Of a stretch of 64,000 nucleotides of DNA, positions 48,801 to 62,419 are shown piece after piece (within the stretch, counting starts at the first letter, position 1; each line of letters opens with the position of its first letter). Below the pieces are notes generated by a model. That model worked only from the letters and a program-made list of their open reading frames with translations. It was not told the origin of the DNA and made no database searches. The position numbers and the translations under genes are program-made. Source of the stretch: Klebsormidium nitens (lineage: Eukaryota; Plantae; Klebsormidiophyceae); assembly GCA_000708835.1 (NCBI GenBank), contig DF237034.1:62001-126000 (forward strand). Reading direction: 5' to 3'.

Positions 48801-49876
48801 GCGAGTGTATGATCGCTTCCGAGGTGAGCAAGTTTGTTAGCGGCGTCACATGACCCCTAAACATTCCGGGACACTTTGTTTGTCGACAGTGCGTGTCGTC
48901 CGCTGGTCCTACAAAACTTTGATTTTGCTTCTTCCCGCCTCCCAGGCTTTCCCTTGCGGCCGTGTTTCTCGTCGGCCCTTTGGCAGTGGACGTTTCTCAG
49001 CTTTCGAGTCGGGACGTAGTATTCGATATTACTCTCTTAGATGCCTTTTTTCGCGAAGGCATGAGGGAATTCCTGTTCCGATCCATCTATCTGAGCCTTC
49101 GTGTGGATTTTACTTTATTCTTGAAGAAGGCTCCTACATCTCCTACGACCTGCCGGCTTGAGTTCATTGTCTGATCGGTTATGGACCGGACGTCTCGCCT
49201 CCCACCTCTTAAGCGGAACAGGACATTTTTTCTTCGTTGAGAACTTGGCCGCGAGAGGTGCATCCGCTTCTCCTTTCAGGCTGTCGAAGAGCTGGTGGGG
49301 CACACGGCGCCGGTGGTGAGCGCCGCCCTCTCGAGCAAGGATGCGGAGGAGAAGGAGGCCATGCGGGCCAAGATGAAGCGCGTGCAGCACTTCTTCACCA
49401 CGTTTGAGGTGGGCAAACATGCCCCGGAGATAGGCTGGCGGCCTCCGTAGGTTTTCTTGCGAAGCAGCAGATACATGTGAAGTATCGGGATAGGGATAGA
49501 GAAACATATCCGGGTCCGTAGATGGGACCCTCTCGACGCTCTACACCCTGCAGTCTCTAGTTTAAGTTTTCTTTGTTCCGTCCATTTCGGAAGTGAGCGT
49601 CTTTATAAGTACATTCCGCCTTATTCTTCAGCCACCGTTTCGCCACCCTCACTGAGAATCTCGTCAGTTCAGAAACTTAGGACATCCCTCTTTCTTTGTC
49701 AGGGTGCATGTCATTGTGATGATTTCCAACTGTTCACCGAGATCCAACCCTTGCAGGGCACCATGGATCTCCAAGTCGACGAAAGATACCAGTTACCAAA
49801 CGTAGTAAAGCTACAATCCGGCATATCGGATGAAGATGGCTGGAAGCTGCTTCGACGGCTTCAGAATACCGGCTGA
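45829..49876 (+). CDS. RMI1: RecQ-mediated genome instability protein 1
   Basis: N-terminal DUF1767/OB-fold peptides PRPEWLRAC...LESDMN...LPPDV...GRYVLQ, MLKLSLTDGEQRAYAIEYRKVPQLSPMMPAGIK and VRQGLLLLCPENVVVLGGKVQCL. A disordered linker follows. RMI1_C OB fold: PFSYL...FEARVK, CILVGVTRFDFK...RVHIDDGSAMCECMI and HFFTTFEGTMDL, ending LRRLQNTG*. Confidence 0.92.
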
Positions 49877-51274
49877 GGTTGGTCGTCTAGATGGTCAGTG
49901 ACCAGCTTCTTTTCGATCCCAGTCAGACTGACAACTTGCTGTAGGCGCTTGATCAGGACCGTATCGAAACGTGTTGAACGTATCATCATATAACCCGCAA
50001 TGGAGTAGCGAATACGTCCAAACTCGAACATCCCGATGTCGAGACCGTCCGATTGTTCTTCGCTCATGGCCGGGCTGCTCATCCCTCTGGACGTTCGTTC
50101 TGCGGTGCCGAGTCTGCAGTCTGGCGGCCTCAAGTGTGCATCCAGCAAAGCTGCACAGCGCGCGCCCAAAGTGCCGGTCACTTCGATATTCGATATCGGC
50201 AAGCACGTCTCTGCCGGCGCGTACCGAGTTGCAGCGACTGACTGCACATGTATGCGTCAATAAAGCACTGCAATGATTCAAAAACACGATATAGGGCATG
50301 TGAGTCCGAGTCGCTCCGATTAGCATATATACCGACTCAGTCATTTAAACATGTATCCCGCTCATGATATGCCAGGTACGTATAGAGCCCTTGGCGGCTG
50401 TCATGGAATGCGACTGGACCAATATGCATCATTCTCGTTCAGCTAGTGAGATATGACGGCCTCAGGACCATGACGGTGCGCAGAATCATTGATTGGTGCA
50501 TGCCACATGCTCACATGGTGCAAGATCGCGAGTCAGCGTATTATAGCTGACATAAAGATCGGTTAATGACTCATGAGTCATGAGGCACCGACTTCAATTA
50601 AGCGCGGTGTATCAGTGCCGTTATGGTTGAAATTCAAGGAATCGAAAGCAACCGGCCACTTATATCACGCAAGGGTGCCAGTGTCGATCCATTTGTTCAG
50701 GTGCGTATAAGCTCATGCAAGTTCAGGCTGGCCGCATCCCAAAAACCGATGGAGTCGTCGAACTTACTATAGGACAGGTGCTGTTGCTCTAGCATGACCG
50801 TAATGATCTGATTGTTGTCAAGTAAAGGTGCATGATGCAGTCCGACCGACTATGGCGGCAGAAAACCATCCAAGGAGACTTGCGGACAACTTACAATTCT
50901 GAAACTTAAGTTGTATTATATTTTCCACCCTGGGTTTGTGCTCGAAATTCTTGTTCGACTCATCTCGAGCAAACAGATCTATACAGCCAAGCGAGAGCAA
51001 AGTGGCGCAGCTGTTGGAAGACCTTTTTATAAAGACAGCGATTTAGCTGTAATACCTGAAAGTGAACATATCTCCAAGGAAGTTTCGAGACTAACATCAA
51101 TGCATGTAGTTGATGATCTCGAAGATGGATGCCAAGTAGGCTGCTATTGAACGCAAGCCAAGCTGCAGACTTTCCTTTATTCAAGACGAGCATTGCGCAA
51201 TCACCAAACCGATGGGCATACATACCGGTTTTCCCCCCTATGAAATGAAAGCTGTCCAAGAGTGGCCCTTCCAA

Positions 51275-53174
51275 TCAGTTTGCTGCGCGCTCCTGTATCT
51301 TCACGTATTGCACCACATCCTCGTCTTCAGTGTCGGTTACTTCTTCGACACCTTGAACCTGTACTCGACAAGTCGACACATAAGCTTCCTACATGAAAAA
51401 GCCACAACATAGACATCAAGCAACGCACGTGAGTGACAACAGAACAATCTCAGTGCCACTGATTCTTTGGACACAAGGCAAATGTCTGACAAGGTACAAC
51501 GTCAAAGCATTATTACCCACCTCTGGAACATAGTGCATCAGCATGTTCTGAATTCCACTCTTCAGGGTCACCGAGGAGCTGGGACAGCCGCTGCAAGCTC
51601 CTTGCATCTTCAGTTTCACGATGCCCGAATCCCTGGAAAGAAAGTGAGACACAAATCTCTCAATGTCAAATCAAAAGCCGTACTGTCTATCCCTTGAGGT
51701 GTTGCTTGTACTACTTTCCATGATCATCAACCACAGAAACCCAGGAGGGCCCACATCAGAGGAGCGCGACGAGACAGAAAGAGTAGCTGAACTTACGGGT
51801 CATAGCTTTTGTACATGATGTCGCCCCCGTCCTCTTGCACTGCTGGTCGAATCCTTGTTTCTAGTAGTTCTTTGATCATGGCTACAACCTCGTCATCATC
51901 CTGCAAAAAGAGCGGAAGGCTTCGTGTCACGCAGAATAGAACAGGACAACAAACATGCACCATGCCCTAGCAGTGGAGTCCAGAGCGGCAGAGAAGAGCT
52001 GCTGGTGGTCAATAATTCTCTTATCAGAACCTCTGAGAGCATGTCAGAATCTCTAAAAGTTAAAGTTGAAGAATGGCATCCACGGACACTCACCTCGTGA
52101 ATTGCTGTGTCGGCTGCCATGCCAGCCTTGTCTGTGAACAAAGGTTCCCCCGACGCAAAGAAGTCCATGATGGCCGCAAAGATGTCCGGTTTCAAAGTTG
52201 ACCAGTTAATGTCATCCCTTTTTGTAACTGTCACAAAGTCCGACCCATAGAAGACGCGAACGACACCTGCACAATGAAGATGGGACATCATTGTCTAACT
52301 CAACTGCATAGCGAATTTCCGGCCAGAGGGGCCATGTAAGCTACGGTAGCCAGACAACAGCAGCCAGCCAATGCTTGTGACGGACTTTACCTTGCCATTA
52401 AACTGTGGCACAAAGGGCGTAAAGCAGCGTGTATGCAATCAACAAAGCCCTCTTTATGCCTTTGCGCCAATTGCCAAGATGGTGCAGCACTGGGCTTTAC
52501 ATGCGCACCACCCTTCAAACTTTTCAAACACACAACTGAAGTTGCCAGTAAACACCTACCGTCGATTCGAAATAGTGCCTTGGCGAGGGGGGAAGCCATC
52601 GCTGCTCGTGCGTTCTCAATATCAGCGCTGCCATCCTCCAGAACCTTCTGACCCGGAAGGAACATGAGACTTGCAGGATTGGGGGTGGACTGGGTTTGGA
52701 TGAACATGGAGCGCTGTTGTATACCTGCAACAGACAGGAAGGACTCTTTCAAAGGATAGTGCAACTTTTGGCAGCATTGATCACAGAAGGTGACCAGTGA
52801 CCAATCAAAGAGCTGGCCGCAGCCCATGCTCGGAAACCCAACCTGTAGATAAATGAGAAGCAGTCCTTCTTAAAACGGTATACATCGGGTACAAAAGAAC
52901 CTCGCAACTCTTTGTACACCAGTCAACTGCAGCATGTCAGCGTGTGCCTACCTGTTGCAAACACTGAGGAGATCAGAGGCGAGCCCCTTGGCCATAGCGT
53001 TTGCTGTTCCGTTCTGCCACTGCTGCTTGCAACTTCTCTGCTTCCACAAGCTGGCAAAAGTGTGCTTAAATTCCTTTGAGATACTGAAGCCGTTTCTATC
53101 CAATACGACATGGCGGCCGGTGTCTGGGCGAGAAGTCGGCCGAGGGCTCTAGGTCGGAGCGCCAAGGACCCCAT
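51275..53174 (-). CDS. NFU4: NifU-like Fe-S cluster carrier, mitochondrial NFU4/NFU5 (human NFU1) type
   Basis: Presequence-like N-terminus, then [80 protein letters not shown] and [33 protein letters not shown]|VQGVEEV, with an intact CxxC. Confidence 0.95.
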
Positions 53175-53872
53175 CAGACCTAGAAAATCAGTACTTTCTA
53201 ATCAAGCTCCTGCTCCAAGAAAGTGATTGGACGACGTCCTGTAAACAGCAAACGTAAAGTGCGCTAATCGCCCTTCGGGACTGCTTCAACTTCAACTTTC
53301 AAGTTCACAAGGCAAGATGACGGACTTCTTTGCCAGAGACTGGGGCAAAATCTGTCAAACTTGAAGGCTAAGAGAAGCATGAGGCCAGAGAACTCTCAAA
53401 GTCATGCACGCGCATGCGCGTGAGCGTTGTGACTTGTGAGGGCTTCTCTCTCGTCAGAACGGCCGGGAGAAAGAACCGGGCCGAGTGTCCAGGGACCGTC
53501 AAAGAGACCGACTGCCGAACGGGACAAAAGCAGCCCTTCTTATGACGTAGTTTCAATGGACGTCACGGCGCCATGCCCTCGGGGAAATATTAGGCCGGCC
53601 TCGGCGGTCCGGAACACGAAACCTCCTGCCCAAATATCTGAGCACTGCAGTGCTAGCTCTGGAGAGAGACGCGTGCACATGTACAAATTGCCGCTTCTCC
53701 GGTCACCCCATAACTTCCTCCATGACGAGACAGGGGCGCCAGGGTGTGCTTGTAGCACGCGGAAATGGTGTTCATCTTGGGCGGCAATTCCATGGCCGCA
53801 GGTCTGGCGAGCTTTCTTTTCCATTTTCAGGACGCACTTAGTAGTTCAGTCAGATAGTAGGCTCCGCTCAAG

Positions 53873-56800
53873 ATGAGCTTGCCACGGAGGAGGGGCCCTC
53901 CTGAGGAGGACCCCAACATTCCCCAAGAAGAAGACTACCCCCAATACCCTGAATATGGCTTGCCACCTGGGCCGCCCCTTCCAATGGAGCCGGGAATGGG
54001 CTATGACCCCAACGCAGCGGCGGCGGGGCTGCAGAGAATCAACCGAGGCTACATGGACACACGGGTGGCCGCCATGCCCTTCTACCCGCGGGGTCCGCCG
54101 ATGGGGAACCCTTACATGGGGGGTGGGTATGCGCTGGGCCCCCCCGCGATGGAAGGATATCCCCCCATGCGCGGAATGGCTCCCCTGGTCATGGGTCCTG
54201 ATGAGCTCACCCTCATCTCCCCGCAGGCCGCCATGCTGGCGCGGCAGCAGGCAGCAATGAGGGGGCCGCGTCCAGGTCCTATTGGGTCAGGCAGGCCCTC
54301 GCCAATTGAGCAGCTCTCAGGTGCGGTCGAGGATCTGTCCCTTGGGCCCCCGGAGCAGCCCTACCCTCACGCCCTAGCCCTGGCTCCCCCCCCTCTCCCC
54401 CTCACGAGAGCCGTCCGCTTCCCTCGGCGGCCCGGCATGGGGACTTTGGGCCGGCCAGTGAAAGTGAAGGCAAACCACTTTCTGCTGGAACTCCTGCCGC
54501 GCGTCGATCTCTTCCAGTACGATGTGAGTGCCTGCAACGTCTAACATGCGGGCTGGCATCACAAAGCAGCGTGGAGCAATGCTGTTTGAAATCGGACAAC
54601 ATTAGGTAGCACTTAGTTTTCAAAGCTTGCCTGTTATTACTTGTCTGATATGACATGCAGGGGTCAGGTCAGACAGTGATCCCGGACATAGACAGTGCAT
54701 TGCCGATAGGAAGCTCTCTATTTCAATTGCGAGGGATGCATGTCTGTGCGACAGTGGTTGAAGGGAGCTTGTGCGGAGTAGCTGTTTCACGCATGGAGGT
54801 AGAAGCCTCTGAGGCTCCTAACCCATGTTGCTGGATGACACTCCAGATCTGACTTGGACTGCAATTCAGTTTGGCTTCCATCAACAGACCAGGACAATCT
54901 TGTGTGAGTTCCGCCCCCACTGCCTGGTTATTTACGCCCCTGTCGCCCGGCATCGCCCGCACCGTTCCTTGGTTGACCCTCTCTGTGTGCCCTGGCAGTG
55001 CGTGATTGCTCCTGACAAGAACAGCCGCGGCATCAACCGCGTGGTGATGAAGCGCCTGGTGGAGATGTACCGCGCGTCCAGCCTGGGCGGCCGCCTGCCC
55101 GTGTACGACGGCCGCCACAACATGTACACCGCCGGCGCGCTGCCCTTCCAGCAAAAAGAGTTCACCATCGTGCTGCAGGACGAGGCCGACATGCAGGCGC
55201 AGGGCATGACGTGAGCGGCCCCTCTCTAGTTGCCAGGTTGCTCCAGGAGTTGGATGGCGGGCTCTGCATTTGACGGGCGCCAGTCCGTCATCTCCTGGGT
55301 AGCTAAGGGAAATTGAACTGATCAAGGTGCCAAGTCGTTGCTGAACCTTGCTGTTCTGAAAGTCAACATCCACACAAAAATATCCAGAAAAAAGATATCC
55401 AGGCCAACAGAAGGCAATGCCACCATACCAACAATCTGACCCGCTTGTGCTCCTTGGCTGGCAGCCCTTCGCGCAGCCAGACGTACACAGTGATGCTCAA
55501 GCTGGCGTCGCGGCCGGACATGGAGAACCTGCAGCAGTTTCTGCGGGGTCGGCAGGCGGAGGTCCCGCACGAAACGCTGCATGTGCTCGACATTGTGCTG
55601 CGGGAACAGGCCACGCAAATGTGAGGACCTCTTCAGCAGGACAATGAAGGCTCGTCTTGTAATGTTGGAACTCTGGTTGCTGGTAGAGATGCCAGCTTGA
55701 CGCAAAGTAGAAGCAATCTGCCTGCTGTCATCCTTCAGTCACGTACTTGATTGCTTTTTGATGCCAACCTGCTCTTTTGTGCTGCAGGTACACTCCCGTT
55801 GGCCGCTCTTTCTACACATCGCAGTTTGGGCGGGACGAGCTGGGGGACGGGGTGGAAAGTTGGCGGGGCTTCTACCAGAGCCTGCGGCCAACGCAGCTGG
55901 GCCTGTCGCTCAATCTAGGTGAGCCTGATAGGCTATGCTACACTAACCAGGCTGGCTGCATCTCTGTAGCGAGGGTACGAGATCTTTGGGGTCACTTGTC
56001 TCAACACGCAATCTCCAGGGTTTGTGATACAGGCTTTCTCAACGATCTCGTTTTCCATCTGGATGCTCTGAGCAGTGACGGCCTTCTGGTGGTTAGAAAG
56101 AGCAAAGATTATGGTTGAGCCTGATAGCAGATCTCTACGGTCCCTTTTCAGCTCGACCAACATCTATGATTCCATGTTGACATATTCCTTCCGAGACTGC
56201 GGACTATCGTCCCTGCAGATCAGTCACGATCTGTTACGAGGGCGTACTAATGTATTTTGCTGTCGTGGTGAGTCCTGGTCTTGACACGGCATTGGCTTTG
56301 CTTGCAGACATGTCGGCGACCGCGTTCCTGCGGCCCATCATGGTCACGGAGTACATCCAGCAGATCTGTAACATGAGGGATCTCAACCGGGGCCTCACGG
56401 ATGCGGAGCGCCTGAAAGTGAGGTCCCTGTTACTCGCTTGCACTCCAGCAATCTCTACTGGTAATTATGCGGAGAGCCGCAGTCAGCATGTGTCACGGTT
56501 AATGGAGGGTTCTCTGAGTCAAGAGGCTAGATGGCATGTTTCCGCGCCATACCTCTGCCCTGGCCCATTCGCACTCGCTTTTATCTCCAAATCCAAACTG
56601 GTTGTCATTCTAGTCGAGCAGTACTTTTGCATAAATGCTGTTCATGGAAAATAGAAGAAAGGGCGTTGCCAATCAAGGACACATTGAAGTGAATAAAGGC
56701 GTTAGCTACAGAGATCATGCTTTCCGCTAAAAGTATTTTGTTTATCGAGTCTGACCGTTTGCACAAGCTAGATTATGTGTCCTGGCTGTCATCTTGCAAA

Positions 56801-59800
56801 GCTTGAACTTTGGGTGTCCTCCACGTTGCAGGCCAAGCGGGCATTGCGAGGGGTTCGAATAGAGGTCACGCATAGGGGGAACATGCGACGGAAGTATCGG
56901 ATCAACGGCATTACGAACCATCCCGTGGGGCAACTGACGTGAGGCAACCATCTCCCTTTTGTTTGTCGTCCTGGAACAGACAGGACGCGTCTCTTGAGCA
57001 TGTTTTTTAGGCCCAGAACTTGTCGAGGAGCTGTGGAAACTAGCGAGAGCGGGGAAGAAAGCGGCTGTTGTCTCCGTGCTCCTCCTCTCGTTGGCCCATC
57101 CAGTTATGAGTACCCTTGTTCTTGACCCTTGGTTCGCTGTCGGCTCGCAGGTTCAAGGCGGACGCGGAGGGCACGATGCTGACGGTGGCGCAGTACTTTT
57201 GGCAGACGTACAACTACGCGCTGCAGTTCCCATCGCTGCCAGCTCTCGAGGTGGGCAACCCGGAGCGCAACAACTACCTGCCCATGGAGGTGTGCCGCAT
57301 CGTGGAGGGGCAGCGCTACGTGCGCAAGCTCAACGAGCGCCAGATCACGCGCATGCTGCAGATCACCTGCCAGCGGCCGCACGTGCGCGCGCAGCAGACG
57401 GAAGCGGTGAGGCCCGTCCCCTCAAGCTCGATAGTGTGCTGCCCGTCCTTTGGAATGGTAGTAATGGTAGAAAGTTGGTTGCAGATAGTCCAGCAAGCAG
57501 CAGCGTCGTGTATTCTGAGTCACGGAGAGTCTGTCAAACTTGTAAGCAGATAGCTCTTTTTACTGGATCGACGAAAGGTTCGGAACAAGGGGCTCATGAG
57601 GTGCTGTCACTAACCATGCACTTCCGGCGGCTGTGCAGATCATTCATCAGAATAGGTACAACACGGACGAGTACTGCTGCGAGTTCGACATCAACATCGA
57701 GCCCAATATGATGCAAGTCCAGGGCCGCATCCTCCCTCCACCCAAGGTAAACCCCACTTAAAATGCATCCCATTTAAGGACAGCATCGATTCTGGTTGAG
57801 TGCATCATCTTCGAGTCGTTTTGATGGGAGCGGCATACCTCAGGCAGGCAATAGCGACCTCTGTCATGTATGTCCACCGTTCGTCTTATGCTTAAAACTC
57901 CCAGAATTAGATATTGGTTTCTGTTTGAGAAGCTGGAGCGCTGACCCCGGTCCCGGTTGGTGCAGCTGATGTACAGCGACTCTGGCAAGGAGCGCGAGGT
58001 GACCCCCTCCATGGGCGCGTGGAACATGATGGGCAAGAAGGTGCGCGACGGCGGCCGCATCGCCACATGGGGCATCATCAACTTCGCAGTGCGCTGGGTC
58101 AACGAGCAGACGGTCAACCAGTTTGCGCGCGAGCTCGTGCAGATGTGCACCACCACCGGCATGGTGAGCAGCGCCGGAACAAAAAGCTGTCCAGTCTTTT
58201 GTGGCGGTTTATGCAACCTCTTCTCATGCATATGAGCTCCACTGCAGTGGTTTATGCGCCTTGCTTCCGGTTCGTGTGCAGTGCGTAGGGAATCTTGTGA
58301 GCAGGCGTTTCCACGTTTGATGCTTCTGTCTGCACGTGAAGCTGCTCGATTTGGTGACAGAGCAGTTTTACGTGAAGACAAGGGAATTTTTGCTCACATG
58401 TTTCCCTCGGCAATCAGGTCCCCGTCGTTCTGACACTCTTCTCCTCGCCCTGCAGCAAATGAACTCGCGCCCCGCCATTGAGCCCGTGGCCGGGCGGCCC
58501 GAGCTGGTGGCACGCGTGCTGGCCACGACGGTGGAGCGCATCCGGTCGATCTCGGGGCGCAACCCTGACATTCTGATGTGCATCCTGCCCGAGAACAACG
58601 GGTCGCTGTACGGCGACCTGAAGCGCATCTGCGAGGTGGACCTGGGCGTCGTCACACAGTGCTGCCTCTCCAAGCACCTCCAGCGCAACTCCAAGCAGTA
58701 CCTCGCCAACGTTGCGCTCAAGATCAACGTCAAGGTCAGCTACACCTCGCATATGATGCTTGTTTTGGTCTCATTCTTGTCGATAGCGTCTGAGGCGTCC
58801 GCCGGCCTCAAATGCGCCAGTCTTGGTGATATTAATTCACAAATTCTGCACGCTTGTGTTTGCATGGACGTTTGCAGCTTTTCCACGTACATCGTCTGAA
58901 AAGGCTCCAAATCCTTTGAAGCTTGTCTGTTCCGGTGTCTGTCTTTGTTGCGAAACCTATTCAGTAACCTTGCACACTGTTCCCCCGAAGATTGTCGATT
59001 GGTTCTGCTACCTCAGCATGCTTGTTGGTCCGCTTCTTGCCTTTTGCTGAGCCGTTTCCCTTCGGCAGATCGGCGGGCGCAACGCGCTGCTGTCGGAGGA
59101 GGTGGGCAAGCGGCTGCCGCTGATCAGCGACGTGCCGACGATTGTGTTTGGCGCGGACGTGACGCACCCGCACCCGGGCGAGGAGAGCAGCAGCAGCATC
59201 GCTGCGGTGGTGGCCAGCAAGGACTGGCCGTTCGTGAGCAAGTACGCGTGCCTGGTGCGCGCGCAGGAGCACCGGCAAGAGATCATCCAGGACCTTTTCA
59301 ACCCGGCGGACGGCGGCATGGTCGTGGACCTGCTGCGCACCTTCTACATCAACACCGGCGTCAAGCCCATGCGCATTATCTTCTATCGCGACGGCGTCTC
59401 CGAGGGCCAGTTCCACCAGGTGGGCTCCGCTGGTTTGATGTACGATGTGTTTGGAGGAAGTCGGAATGTTGCAGAGTGGCCCAAGAAAGGAAGACAGGCG
59501 CCAGGGCTGTCTCTATCTCACAGAGAGGAGCAAGGTTTTCCGATTGATGCTCTCAGCACCAGCCCTTAAGAGGCTGTCGCGCACACACCTGACGGCTCCA
59601 ATACAGAAGGTCAATCGTTACTTCGGCCGTTTCGCTTGCTCTTTCTGCTCCAGATTTTGTCACGTGGCCCGACCCCACTCCCACATGCCTAGCACTGACC
59701 GCAGTCGGCGCTGCACGCGCGCAGGTGCTGCTGCACGAGCTGGACGCGGTGCGCAAGGCGTGCGCGTACATTGAGGCGGACTACCAGCCGCCGGTGACGT

Positions 59801-61056
59801 TCATCGTGGTGCAGAAGCGGCACCACACGCGGCTGTACCCCACGGACAGCATGACCGACCGCAGCGGCAACATCGTCCCGGGGACCGTCGTCGACAGCTC
59901 CATCTGCCACCCCACCGACTTCGACTTCTTCCTGTGCAGCCACGCGGGCATCCAGGTGAGGCGAAAGGGGGGCCGCACGTGAGATACGCGGAAAAGGGAG
60001 AAAAGCGAGGGGGCGCCGGCGGCCGGTTCCTTTGAAGGCTTCCAGATATTCGTGGAATTCTGCAAAGAGAAGCTCTCAAAGAAGGGGGTTGGTCTTTTCT
60101 GGTCCATGCTTACACACCTCGTGCATGTTTGGGTGCACTTGGGTTAAAGGCTGCTTCGCTTCCTTGCGCAACTCCCGTCTAGCCGAGCAGGCCTGGACGT
60201 GATCGTGAGCCCATCTCAGTCATCGCTGAGGGTGCTTCTTCTTCTAGAGAAACGTTTTGTCAAAGCATATCCACGCCCGTGACCGCCGGTCGTTGTGTGC
60301 AGGGCACGTCGCGTCCGGCGCACTACTACGTGCTGTGGGACGAGAACCAGTTCACCGCCAACGCGCTCCAGCAGCTCACGTACAACCTGTGCTACACCTA
60401 CGCCCGCTGCACCCGCTCTGTCTCCATCGTGCCACCCGCATGTGAGCCGCATGCGGATCCTAATAACACCGACAAGACTTTAGATCCTCTTTTCGGCATG
60501 CTGTGTCAAGTCATTGATTGAAGAGGAGATTCTGAGTATTATCATTGCAATTGTCATGCATATGATAGCCTTTGACTCAAAGGACGAGGGTCTATGCAGT
60601 GATCTTGACGTTCGAATCTTGACCCGTTCGCTTCATACGATGGCGTCAAACCTGCATCCCTTTTCCTTGATGGCGTGGACGTGCCACAGAATCGATTGCA
60701 ATTGGATCACCACGTCCTTGGCGCAGGTCTTGGCGCAGGTCAGATTCTGGTATTGGGCACGGCAGTCATTGGATGCAGGCGTTGGCCTCTTTTGAGTAGC
60801 AGAACTCATCACTTGACATCGTCGAGCAGCTTTGCGAAGCGTTTGTGCATCCTTTGCAGATTACGCGCACCTGGCCGCGTTCCGCGCGCGCTTCTATGCC
60901 GAGGCGGACGGCGGGTCGGACAGCGGGTCCCGGCGCAGTGGCGCGGGGGCCAGCGCGGCTAGCCTGGGGGGTGGGCCCACCCGCCGGGGGAGCACTCCGG
61001 TGAAGCAGCTGCCCGAGCTCAAGGAGCCGGTGAAGCGCGTCATGTTCTACTGCTGA
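53873..61056 (+). CDS. AGO1: Argonaute, AGO1/5/10 clade, predicted slicer-competent
   Basis: P/M/G-rich N-terminus, then [21 protein letters not shown] and [19 protein letters not shown]: [12 protein letters not shown]...[18 protein letters not shown]: [18 protein letters not shown]...QCCL...[15 protein letters not shown]: [46 protein letters not shown] and [29 protein letters not shown], giving an intact D-E-D-H tetrad. Confidence 0.97.
60717..60740. repeat. Perfect 12-bp tandem duplication in the last Argonaute intron
   Basis: CTTGGCGCAGGT occurs twice head to tail. Confidence 0.8.
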
Positions 61057-62419
61057 CGGGGGCAAGCCCCGGATGGCACGCATGCTTTGCCCGCGCAGGG
61101 GTCCGTCGAGACAGGGAGTCCGGTGGTTCGTATGCAGTGTTAGGCCTGCGAGTTCTTCCAGTTTGTATAGCGCCGCTTCGTGAAGGCTAGATACAGGTCG
61201 ACATGGCAGCTGCTTCCTCGCGGGCACCATCTGGTGCTTAAGTCTGCTAGCCGCCTAATCGTACAAGTTCGATTGTGTGGGAAATTCCCCCTCCAGTAAG
61301 TGGCTCGAGCAACAGGAGCATAGGCTGTTCGCTGCGTTAGGGTTTGGCGACATGTTTTGCCATTTCTGGTTCTTCTTTGGCAGACATTATCATATGGAAG
61401 TGAAGACTTCACACAGAAGTAGGGTTTCGATGATCAGGATCAAAACTGCCTAGGTGTGAGAGTAGGTTGGGGTTAGCAGTGTCCACGCCCACAATTGTGA
61501 TGCAGCAACTACTGAAAAAGCGTGCAAGATAAACTTGCGGTTATGTCTAATTGCCATTTTATGTCAGTACAACTATTTTCTCCACATAATCAAAAGGTTG
61601 ACAGGATCTTCATGTTTAACCAGAAGTCGGCATTTGAAAGTCGTCACCCGGCCTGCATTCGATATGTGTATATGTGTAGATTAAAATACTGAGTGCATGG
61701 GCTGGTGCGAGCGGACACCGTGTACGAAATGCCGGCGGAGTCGATTCAAGCATGCACTGAGAGCTAATTATTATCAATTGTGTAAATATGAACGCTATCA
61801 TATAGCGCATGTGCTATCCTCTTATAGCCTCGAGGTACGGTCAAGCCTCAGCAGTGGCGGAGCTGCGCATGGCAGGCTCGTGTGATACCGAACATGATCA
61901 GCTCGTATCATGCGTGCACTTATCTTCATGCAAGCCTGAGCCCATAGACTCAGCCTCGGAGAACTTTTCACTTCAATCAAGGCGACGGCCGAATTGCATG
62001 AATCCTCGAGCATCCGTTCGAACGTGCAGCTCACCACGTGCATGCCTTGCGTACTGGCACTGTACTCTGGCAATCTGAGCCTCGCCGGCCGTCTCATAAG
62101 CTAACGCTTATTCCATAGGTCACTATGGCTTTCTGTTTTGATCATTCGATTGACGGTCCCGACCTAAGCGCTATCCAGCATGTCTGTATGCACCGAGGCA
62201 CACTGGCCTGACCAATTCAATGCAGACATCTGATGATCCAGCATGAGTTGATACCTTGTACTATCCGCAGTTGGGTCAGCTGTGCCGAACTTATCCCAAC
62301 CCCCTATCATGCCCAGGCTATGCCTCGTGCAGGGGCATCATGTTAGGCAGTAACGTCCGTGACAATTCGGTGATCCGACTGCAGCAGAGCAGATGGACCG
62401 TCACATCGGATCCAAGATG

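Noticed and set aside
53873-54400. Absence of a miR168 target site (ELHQA-coding) in the AGO1-like gene
   Set aside because: This is expected for an alga, since miR168 feedback is a later land-plant feature.
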